This document shows positions 1 through 6,769 of a DNA stretch of 16,570 bases, one piece after another (the first letter of the stretch is position 1; each line of letters starts with the position of its first letter). The stretch lies in IMG/VR virus record IMGVR_UViG_3300035492_000070; one strand, written 5' to 3'. Below the pieces are notes generated by a model that saw nothing but the letters and a program-made list of their open reading frames with translations, made no database searches and was not told where the DNA came from. The translations under genes and the position numbers were made by a program. The DNA is from a virus. Its lineage: Duplodnaviria > Heunggongvirae > Uroviricota > Caudoviricetes.

Positions 1-419
1 TGCTGATCCAGATGGTTAGCCTGAGGGCTAACTATCTGAATACCTCAAAATTAAGGAATATCGGTTCACATATTAGCGGACTTATTTTCAATATGATCAA
101 CGAGTTCTGGCCAGAGTTGTTTACTATAGGTGTCATGTGTAAAATCACACCTCCATTAATTATGGCAACCGCTGGTAAGAATAGTTTTGAATTTTTTACT
201 AGCAATGAGTATAGCGATTGGGCAAAAACAGCACCTAAGCACTCTCATAAGTATTTCAAAGGTTTGGGTACATACAGCACAAAAGACTTTAAACGGTTCT
301 TGGCAGATCCTAAATATTCTGTTACTATTACGGTGACAGATAAAACAGACATCGAAGCATTGAACATAGCATTCGACAAGTCTAAAGCAGATGAACGCAA
401 AGAATGGTTATTAGGTTAA
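1..419 (+). CDS. gp60: Type IIA DNA topoisomerase large (B/TOPRIM) subunit, 3' part, gp39/gp60-like; 5'-partial; interrupted by a coding gap at 17-65
   Basis: Frame 2 (2-16) reads A-D-P-D-G then TAG. Frame 3 from 63 reads G-S-H-I-S-G-L...WPELF...KYFKGLGT...ADERKEWL. Joined, this gives the canonical TOPRIM DxDGSHI motif plus the YxKGLG and RKEW motifs of gp60/GyrB/Top2. The track's ATG at 12 is probably not the real start. Confidence 0.92.
   Translation, partial: LIQMVSLRANYLNTSKLRNIGSHISGLIFNMINEFWPELFTIGVMCKITPPLIMATAGKNSFEFFTSNEYSDWAKTAPKHSHKYFKGLGTYSTKDFKRFLADPKYSVTITVTDKTDIEALNIAFDKSKADERKEWLLG
10..65 (+). other. Programmed translational bypass (ribosome hop) element, T4 gene 60-like
   Basis: Take-off GGT 14-16, stop TAG 17-19, stem 10-21 pairing with 26-37 (12 bp, one G-U) around loop TGAG, SD-like AAGGA 53-57, landing GGT 63-65, resume codon TCA 66-68. 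49 nt are skipped. The gap resembles the T4 gene 60 gap as I recall it. Confidence 0.85.
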
Positions 420-429
420 GGAGAATAAC

Positions 430-699
430 ATGGGTTTAGCACACAGCTTAGCAAAACAAGTTCACGTTGAATATCAGAAAAAATTCCAAATGGAAGTCGA
501 TAAATTCATTTCTGACATATCTTCCAAGTTCATTGAGAGCGCTGCAACGGAATTGGTTGTTTCAGGTTTCGTATTAGCATATGAATCTTTACTTAGGAAC
601 GCTATTAAAATGAAGCTTCAAGAAGAAGGATTTATTTTCAAGGATTCTTCTCAGGGTTTATATATTGCTCTTCCTAAGTTGGCACCAGGTGACGAATAA
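430..699 (+). CDS. Hypothetical protein (89 aa) between the topoisomerase subunit genes
   Basis: SD AAGGAG at 418-423; its TAA overlaps the next ATG (TAATG 697-701). No recognisable motif. Confidence 0.7.
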   Translation: MGLAHSLAKQVHVEYQKKFQMEVDKFISDISSKFIESAATELVVSGFVLAYESLLRNAIKMKLQEEGFIFKDSSQGLYIALPKLAPGDE

Positions 700-1175
700 T
701 GCAAGATTACTCATTAAAGCAATTTATTGATAATGACTTGCGTGTTTTCTCGAACCTCGACAACGTAAGATCTATCCCGTCTATCGTGGACGGGTTTAAA
801 GACTCTCAACGTAAAGCCGTATTCGGTATGCTCAGTCATGGTTCTAGTGAAATTAAAGTAGCTCAGTTGGCTGGTCATGCTGCAATGTGTTTGCATCCAG
901 ATACTTTAATTAATGTTATGGGAAAATATTTTAAAATTAAGGATTTGGTGGGACGGTCTAACTTTGATTTGATATCATTCAACGAAACATCAAATGAATA
1001 TGAGGTCGACAACTGTGAACGTGCATTTGTGAGTGGTAACACTGATACTTTTGTTGAGATAGAATTAGAATCAGGTAATACAATTAAACTGACACCTGAC
1101 CATCTAGTTCTAACTAATTCCGGGTGGAAGAAGTCTGTTGATGTTAACGAAAAGGATTTGATAGTTAGTATCTAA
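699..1175 (+). CDS. gp52: Topoisomerase II A subunit (gp52-like) N-extein (63 aa) fused to split-intein N half (95 aa)
   Basis: RSIPSIVDGFKDSQRK and KVAQLAG are Top2/GyrA N-terminal motifs. At 888 the sequence switches to intein block A (CLHPDTLI), then block B (IKLTPDHLVL, TxxH) and ends KDLIVSI-stop. Confidence 0.92.
   Translation: MQDYSLKQFIDNDLRVFSNLDNVRSIPSIVDGFKDSQRKAVFGMLSHGSSEIKVAQLAGHAAMCLHPDTLINVMGKYFKIKDLVGRSNFDLISFNETSNEYEVDNCERAFVSGNTDTFVEIELESGNTIKLTPDHLVLTNSGWKKSVDVNEKDLIVSI
888..1172 (+). mobile_element. Split intein N-fragment (IntN)
   Basis: Starts with Cys1 (TGT 888-890); block A CLHPDT, block B TPDH; no endonuclease domain; stops at the position typical for natural IntN halves. 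Confidence 0.9.
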
Positions 1176-1180
1176 TATCA

Positions 1181-1233
1181 CTGTGTGTATACTATCTTAT
1201 ATTTTATAAATATATTTATTAGTATACACACGG
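1181..1233 (+). promoter_or_regulatory. RNA hairpin covering the endonuclease RBS, with late promoter TATAAATA (1205-1212) in its loop
   Basis: GTGTGTATACTA 1183-1194 is the reverse complement of TAGTATACACAC 1220-1231. U-G and C-G pairs extend the stem to 1181/1233, into the GGAG SD (1232-1235). Exact T4 late promoter consensus at 1205-1212. Confidence 0.7.
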
Positions 1234-1241
1234 AGATGAAA

Positions 1242-2282
1242 ATGTTTTGTTATACTATAAGAATGAAAAATAACGATACTGTCATATATTGCGGCGCGGT
1301 TATAGGTAAAAATAAACAACCTTTAGATAGGTTTAACGAACATATACAAGGAAAAGGTGGTAAGTTTCTTTACGAGGCGATTATAAAAGGTAATCTTGAT
1401 GTTAGTAATATCTATATTCAAGTAGAGTCATATCATCGTACTTACCTTGAAACTTTTGAAAAAGAACGAGAACTTATATTACATCATCGAACATACAATA
1501 AATGGGGCTCAGGATACAACGGTAACTGTGGTGGTGGTTTATTCATAGGCAAACATACAAGGTGCTATAAGTTCAAAGAGAATGGCCATTGTTATCTTAT
1601 GCCCGTCGACAGCACTTATCAGAAAACGGAGATTGTAGATAGAGTGGAAGATGTTGTAGGAATTTCATCACAAAATTGGAGAAGTTTATCCTGTTTAAAA
1701 ACGGATATTAAAATACGCAGTTGTGTTATGGTAGGAGACCTCTCTGGTTATAAATGTTTGGAGTTTATCAAAGGTTTATTCGGCGAAGATGTAGCAATTG
1801 AGCTGTTGTTAAGCATTCTTGAGATTAAAGACTTTGATGTTAATATAAATTGGTTAAACCAGTTTAAAAAAAGTTTCGGTAAAAACGGCAATCAATGGTG
1901 CCCAGTTCTTTCTAAAATATCATATTACGAAAACAAAACATATACATTAAAATGCCCCGAGTCTTTAAGGTTAAAAACAAGTTTGAAATTAAAGGGCAGA
2001 TGTATTAATGTAAACGAAGGGTGGTTAAAAGGAAGACAAAATTTTAGGGAAAGAGTTGGAAAGAAACAATTTACCAATGCTGAGATTAAAGGTAGAGTTA
2101 GAACAACCAAAGCTGTTATCGAAGATTGGAAAATTAAATCAAAAGAAGAAAGATTGAATAAAACCCAATCAGGTAGAGATGCAATGAATATTCAAGTTGA
2201 GTGCGAGCACTGCAAAAGAATAATTAATGGTTTGGGAAATTATAAAAGATGGCATGGCGACAATTGCAAAAATAAAGGGTGA
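1242..2282 (+). CDS. Free-standing GIY-YIG family homing endonuclease inside the split intein
   Basis: FCYTIR..TVIYCG (GIY-YIG-like), RFNEH, E..LI....Y....GYN motifs; C-terminal CEHC...NYKRWHGDNCK Zn-binding motif common in phage endonucleases. Likely start ATG 1242 (6 nt after GGAG) or 1236, not the GTG at 1185. Confidence 0.8.
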   Translation: MFCYTIRMKNNDTVIYCGAVIGKNKQPLDRFNEHIQGKGGKFLYEAIIKGNLDVSNIYIQVESYHRTYLETFEKERELILHHRTYNKWGSGYNGNCGGGLFIGKHTRCYKFKENGHCYLMPVDSTYQKTEIVDRVEDVVGISSQNWRSLSCLKTDIKIRSCVMVGDLSGYKCLEFIKGLFGEDVAIELLLSILEIKDFDVNINWLNQFKKSFGKNGNQWCPVLSKISYYENKTYTLKCPESLRLKTSLKLKGRCINVNEGWLKGRQNFRERVGKKQFTNAEIKGRVRTTKAVIEDWKIKSKEERLNKTQSGRDAMNIQVECEHCKRIINGLGNYKRWHGDNCKNKG

Positions 2283-2286
2283 GTAA

Positions 2287-2412
2287 ATGAAATATATTAG
2301 TGTTAAGAGTGTAAAATCTATAAAGTTACCTTTCCCTGTAGATGTTTATGACCTTACGGTTTCCAAAAATCATAATTTTCAAGCAACGTTTGACAATATT
2401 ATAGTGCATAAT
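2287..2412 (+). mobile_element. Split intein C-fragment (IntC)
   Basis: Own ATG behind GGGTGAG; basic N-terminus; block F VYDLTV; terminal His-Asn (2407-2412); +1 Cys (TGC 2413-2415). Confidence 0.92.
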
Positions 2413-3555
2413 TGCACACATTACTCGCATGGCGAAGGTTCAATGGCTGAAACCATTGTGGGTTTAGCTCAGAACTTTCCAGGCTCTAACAACATCAATT
2501 TGCTTGAGCCTATTGGGCAGTTTGGATCTATTCTAAATGGTCAATCTGCTAGCCCTCGTTATATTTACACCAAGCCTAGCAAGTTCATGCGTAAAATGTT
2601 ACGAGTTGAAGATGACCTAATTTTAGAGCACCGTGTAGAAGAGGGCGTGAACTTAGAGCCAGTCAACTACTTCCCCATCCTCCCTTTATGGTTGGTGAAC
2701 GGTGTAGTGGGTATTGGTACAGGTCACAGTGTTAAAATTCTACCACGTGACCCTAAGAAGATTAGTGACTTGATTTCTAAGCTGGCTCAAGGCATTGCAC
2801 CTCAACAAAAAACGATTGATGATGCTCTACTACCGTACTTTGGCGATTGGAAAGGTAAAGTTACTAAGGGTGATTCTGACACTCAATGGGAAATGACAGG
2901 TGTACTGGAAGTTGTGAATACCACCACGCTACGAATTACTGAATTGCCGGTGACATACGGCGTGAACCGTTATAAAGATATTCTTATTGGCTTAATGGAT
3001 AAGAACATCGTAAAAGACTTTGATAATAAATCAAATGAGGAATCTTTTGACTTTGTTGTTACGATTCCTCGTGAAGTGGGTCGTAAGTCTTTAACCGAAT
3101 TGATTAATATTTTTAAATTGGTTACAAAGGTAGGTGAAAACGTTACCTTATGGAATAGCAAAGGCGCATTGCAACGATACGAAAGTGTCTACGAAGCCCT
3201 TAAAGAATTTGTAGAATTTCGTTTGTCTAAGTATACAGAACGCAAAGAAAAACAGTTGGATGAATATCAGACTGAAATTGACTGGTTGACTGCTAAGTAC
3301 AAGTTCATCGAATACTGGAACACCAAGTTAAAAGACCCTCATAAGAAATCCGAGGAAGAGTTAACTGAGTTGTTATCCAAAGTAATCGATGTGAAATATG
3401 TTGATCGGTTATTGTCATTACAGATTAGTTCATTGACAATGAAAAAGATTGACGAGTTAAAGGCACAGATAGAAGCGTTAAAAGAAAAGGTGAATGTTTT
3501 AACATCCACCTCTATTGAAACTCTATACGTTACAGATTTAAAATCAGGAATTTGA
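2287..3555 (+). CDS. gp52: Split-intein C half (42 aa) fused to topoisomerase II A subunit C-extein (380 aa)
   Basis: MKYISVKSVKSI...VDVYDLTV...IIVHN followed by C (blocks F and G), then CTHYSHGE, LAQNFPGSNN, GQFGS, SPRY (catalytic Tyr codon 2560-2562), LVNGVVGIGTG, ITELP. The predicted spliced product is 443 aa, close to T4 gp52 (about 442 aa). Confidence 0.93.
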   Translation: MKYISVKSVKSIKLPFPVDVYDLTVSKNHNFQATFDNIIVHNCTHYSHGEGSMAETIVGLAQNFPGSNNINLLEPIGQFGSILNGQSASPRYIYTKPSKFMRKMLRVEDDLILEHRVEEGVNLEPVNYFPILPLWLVNGVVGIGTGHSVKILPRDPKKISDLISKLAQGIAPQQKTIDDALLPYFGDWKGKVTKGDSDTQWEMTGVLEVVNTTTLRITELPVTYGVNRYKDILIGLMDKNIVKDFDNKSNEESFDFVVTIPREVGRKSLTELINIFKLVTKVGENVTLWNSKGALQRYESVYEALKEFVEFRLSKYTERKEKQLDEYQTEIDWLTAKYKFIEYWNTKLKDPHKKSEEELTELLSKVIDVKYVDRLLSLQISSLTMKKIDELKAQIEALKEKVNVLTSTSIETLYVTDLKSGI

Positions 3556-3999
3556 TTCATGGCGGGACCTGAGATAATCTTTCAGGTCCTCTCTTGTAAT
3601 GTAATCTTTGCCTATAGTGGTCTGTAAACGTAGGATTTCTTTTTCGATTTCATGTGAATGTTCACTGGTTTTAGCCAATTTATTTTCGATAGAATCGACG
3701 TGGCCTCTAATATAGTCAAGTTCTTTAGAAATGAATTCTTTCATTTCACGGTTTTTTGAGTCTACTGAGGTATAAACATCACTGATTCTTGTATCGAAAT
3801 GTGAACGAAAGTCTCTTAGGTCATCTTTTAGAGAATTGAAGGAGATTAAATTGTTATTTTTAAGCTCAACTATAATCTTTTCATTGTCTGTTTGTATTTT
3901 GGCGCTTTGCCACTTTAAGAACCAAATAGTTGAACCTACAATAGTCCCTGATATAGCAAGCAGCGCTACGAAAATCTCCAAAAGTGATATTGATTCCAT
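3544..3999 (-). CDS. Membrane-anchored coiled-coil protein (151 aa), late gene; possibly lysis-related
   Basis: N-terminal hydrophobic helix LLEIFVALLAISGTIVGSTIWFL followed by a heptad-rich region; TATAAATA upstream on the minus strand. Function is inferred only. Confidence 0.7.
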   Translation of the reverse strand: MESISLLEIFVALLAISGTIVGSTIWFLKWQSAKIQTDNEKIIVELKNNNLISFNSLKDDLRDFRSHFDTRISDVYTSVDSKNREMKEFISKELDYIRGHVDSIENKLAKTSEHSHEIEKEILRLQTTIGKDYITREDLKDYLRSRHESNS

Positions 4000-4042
4000 C
4001 TGCGTGATCCCGTGGTCAATTTGTGTTAATATTGAATAAAAT

Positions 4043-4050
4043 TATTTATA
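4043..4050 (-). promoter_or_regulatory. T4-type late promoter TATAAATA
   Basis: Plus strand TATTTATA in the intergenic gap, pointing toward the 3999 start. Confidence 0.6.
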
Positions 4051-4062
4051 AGGTGTCGTGAA

Positions 4063-5106
4063 GTGATAGAACCTAAATTGCACGTTGATTTACAGTGGCT
4101 TAATAAAGTTTCTTATTCTTTGGATAAGTTCAACAAAGTCAAGAGTGATGTGTTCAACTCTCGCTGTCCTATATGCGGTGACTCTCCAACAGACCCTAAA
4201 AAGAAACGTTTCTATATTTACGTCAAGAAAAGATTACTGCGGGTTTATTGTCATAAATGTGGCTATTCCCATTCTTTTTATCGTTTCATGAAGGACCAGT
4301 TCCCTTCAATGTTCAACGAATATCAAAGGGAAACATTGTTTGACGTGTTTAAGAAGCGTTCTAATGCGACAGAAGATTTAGTTAATACGTTGGGTCAAGT
4401 TAAACCGGAAACAGTGGCAGAATTAGATACAGGCGTTTCTATAGCACGTTTGAAGCAGATGGCTATATGCCTTACCGATTTAGATGTAAAGCACCCCGCA
4501 AGAAAAGCCATGACAGACCGCGGCATGACACCTCGAGAATTGTCTAGATTATATTACACTGACGACTTCAAAGAAATTGCTACTGCTATTAACAAAGAGT
4601 CAAGCCTAAAACTGAAAGAAGAGCCTCGTATAGTTATCCCTTTCATATCGCCCGAAGGTGTTGTTGAAATGGTACAGGGTCGATCACTGGATAAAGAATC
4701 TTCTTTACGGTATATTTCAATCAAAGCAAATGATGAAGTCGATAAAATATATGGTCGATATGAGTTAGATGAAACCGAAATTGTAACCTGTGTAGAAGGA
4801 CCATTAGATTCTTTGTTCGTTGATAATGCCATTGCAACTTGTGATGCAAAACTGACACGGGTCGAAGCGGATCGCTATTGCTGGGATTGTCAACCAAGAC
4901 AGAAAGAAATTATTCGTTTTATGGAAGAAGCAATCGAAACAGGAAAGTCTGTTGTGATATGGCCCTTTGTTCCTAATAAGAAATTGGACATTAATGATAT
5001 GATTATGATGGGCATGACACGATCCCAGATTATGTCAGTTATAAACAAGTCTACATATTCTGGGTTAATGGCTAAAGCAAAGTTTACTCAGTGGAAAAAA
5101 CTCTAG
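4063..5106 (+). CDS. gp61: DNA primase (T4 gp61-like)
   Basis: RCPICGDS...CHKCG zinc-binding domain; RIVIPF, QGRSL and TOPRIM VEGPLDSLF motifs; 347 aa; GTG start. Confidence 0.93.
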   Translation: MIEPKLHVDLQWLNKVSYSLDKFNKVKSDVFNSRCPICGDSPTDPKKKRFYIYVKKRLLRVYCHKCGYSHSFYRFMKDQFPSMFNEYQRETLFDVFKKRSNATEDLVNTLGQVKPETVAELDTGVSIARLKQMAICLTDLDVKHPARKAMTDRGMTPRELSRLYYTDDFKEIATAINKESSLKLKEEPRIVIPFISPEGVVEMVQGRSLDKESSLRYISIKANDEVDKIYGRYELDETEIVTCVEGPLDSLFVDNAIATCDAKLTRVEADRYCWDCQPRQKEIIRFMEEAIETGKSVVIWPFVPNKKLDINDMIMMGMTRSQIMSVINKSTYSGLMAKAKFTQWKKL

Positions 5107-5116
5107 AGGAATAAGT

Positions 5117-6703
5117 ATGTCGCTAGAAAGAGATGATATAAAAATTGAAGTCCTTCGTTTGAACAATGAGGGACTTTCGCTAAGGAAAATTTCTGATATA
5201 GTAGGAGTTAATCGTACTTCCCTTAGTAAATTTCTAAGAAAGGAAAGTCATAAAGAGTGGTGGAACAACCATAAAAAGCCTCTGGCAAATGGAACTCTAC
5301 ACGATCACTATAATGATATCAAAAAACTTGACGGTAAATGTTTCATTATCACATCCGCTCAGAATAATACTTATGTTCATTCTCGTACTTTAATGGCATT
5401 AGAACAGATCGCAAAACATCGCAATGCTCAAATTCTAGTAGGAACTTTTTCTTATAACCTTTCAGGGTTCCAAAACCTACAAAAATCTGAAGGTGAATGG
5501 TTTGATCCTAAGTTGAAGGATTATATTGTCGATGAACCTGTTTTGTTAGCGGATAGCTTGGTATATTGTGGTGAATTAAATATTCTCCCTACTGCAACAA
5601 ATCCACTAAGCGGTTTTCAGTCATACACTAAGAATAAGTCAGGTATTATTCCCCATGTAAAAATGCAACTTGAAAGTTTACCGGGTGCAAACGGAGATAG
5701 TGCAAGATTCCTTTATACAACTGGAACGGTCACGAAAAGAAATTATGTTCAAAAGAAAGCAGGACAGAAAGCATCATTTCACCATATCTTTGGTGCGTTG
5801 ATTGTAGAGATTGATGATACAGGTGATTGGTTTGTAAGACAGTTAATTGCTGATACTCACACGGGTGAAATTCAAGATTTGAATGTTCATTATACTCCAT
5901 ATGGTTGGACTGAAAATGTATCGGTTGAGGCCATTAATTGGGGAGATATTCACGCTGAACAATTAGATGAAGTTGTAGCTTATACCTGTTTCGGTAAGAA
6001 TGGAATGCTGGATACACTAAAACCTAAATACCAGTTTGGTAACGATATTATGGACTTCTCTGCTAGAAATCACCATAACATTAATGATCCATATTTTAGA
6101 TTTAAATCATATATTAGAAAACAAGATACAGTGAAAGGCGATATACAGAAAGTTGCTACTGTAATGAAAATGATGGAACGACCTTACTGTCAAACTGTCA
6201 TTGTAGAATCTAATCATGATTTAGCATTACAAAAATGGTTAAGAACAGCAGATTATAAAACAGATCCCGCAAATGCAATATTCTTTTTAGAGTTACAACT
6301 TGCTCAATATAAAGCGATTGAAGCTGGATTTTCAAACTTCAGTATCTTTGAGTTTGCGTTGAAAACAGTTGAACCGTCTTTAATGAAAGTGAAGTTCCTA
6401 AAAACAGATGAGTCTTTTATGGTCTGTGGTGATGATGGCGTAGAATGCGGTTCTCATGGTCACTTAGGAAACAACGGAGCTAAAGGTTCCATTAAGGCTT
6501 ATACTTACCTTGGGAAGCGTTATAACATCGGCCATAGTCATTCCTGTGCGATCTATGATGGTGTATATCAAGCAGGTACCTGTTCCAAACTGGACTTAGG
6601 TTATAACAAGGGCGGGTCGTCGTGGAGCCACTCTCAAATTGTAACATACCCAAACGGTAAGCGTGCTATCGTCACTATCAAAAACGGCAAATGGCGAGCC
6701 TAA
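5117..6703 (+). CDS. HTH plus calcineurin-like metallophosphoesterase/nuclease, resembling phage T5 A1
   Basis: N-terminal HTH (GLSLRKISDIVGVNRTSLSKFL); metal motifs GDIH, GNDIMD, ESNHD, HGH and GHSH; ITSAQNNT and C-terminal SSWSHSQIVTYPNGKR...GKWRA recalled as A1-family features. Confidence 0.7.
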   Translation: MSLERDDIKIEVLRLNNEGLSLRKISDIVGVNRTSLSKFLRKESHKEWWNNHKKPLANGTLHDHYNDIKKLDGKCFIITSAQNNTYVHSRTLMALEQIAKHRNAQILVGTFSYNLSGFQNLQKSEGEWFDPKLKDYIVDEPVLLADSLVYCGELNILPTATNPLSGFQSYTKNKSGIIPHVKMQLESLPGANGDSARFLYTTGTVTKRNYVQKKAGQKASFHHIFGALIVEIDDTGDWFVRQLIADTHTGEIQDLNVHYTPYGWTENVSVEAINWGDIHAEQLDEVVAYTCFGKNGMLDTLKPKYQFGNDIMDFSARNHHNINDPYFRFKSYIRKQDTVKGDIQKVATVMKMMERPYCQTVIVESNHDLALQKWLRTADYKTDPANAIFFLELQLAQYKAIEAGFSNFSIFEFALKTVEPSLMKVKFLKTDESFMVCGDDGVECGSHGHLGNNGAKGSIKAYTYLGKRYNIGHSHSCAIYDGVYQAGTCSKLDLGYNKGGSSWSHSQIVTYPNGKRAIVTIKNGKWRA

Positions 6704-6718
6704 AATCTGCTAGAAAAA

Positions 6719-6764
6719 TCCCTTATAAAAAGTGTGGCGTAAACAACCACACTTCTATAAGGGA
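6719..6764 (+). promoter_or_regulatory. Long imperfect hairpin (terminator or RBS-sequestering stem)
   Basis: TCCCTTATA 6719-6727 pairs with TATAAGGGA 6756-6764; AAGTGTGG 6730-6737 pairs with CCACACTT 6747-6754. The 3' arm contains the AAGGGA SD of the next gene. Confidence 0.55.
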
Positions 6765-6769
6765 AGACA

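Noticed and set aside
12-62. ATG at 12 as a real start giving MVSLRANYLNTSKLRNI
   Set aside because: This leader is non-conserved sequence that splits the DxDG-SHI motif; the topoisomerase-coding frame upstream is frame 2.
14-65. Simple sequencing frameshift or pseudogene
   Set aside because: An indel error would not create 49 extra bases with matched flanking codons, a covarying stem and similarity to the T4 gap.
1185-1241. GTG 1185 as the endonuclease start
   Set aside because: It lies upstream of the late promoter and lacks an SD; the translated stretch is simply the AT-rich hairpin.
1176-2286. Group I intron around the endonuclease
   Set aside because: Only about 65 nt upstream and 4 nt downstream are non-coding, too little for a ribozyme core; each intein half has its own stop or start.
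3836-4039. Hydrophobic antisense ORF as an embedded outer spanin
   Set aside because: It is on the opposite strand to the membrane gene, has no clear lipobox and no convincing SD.
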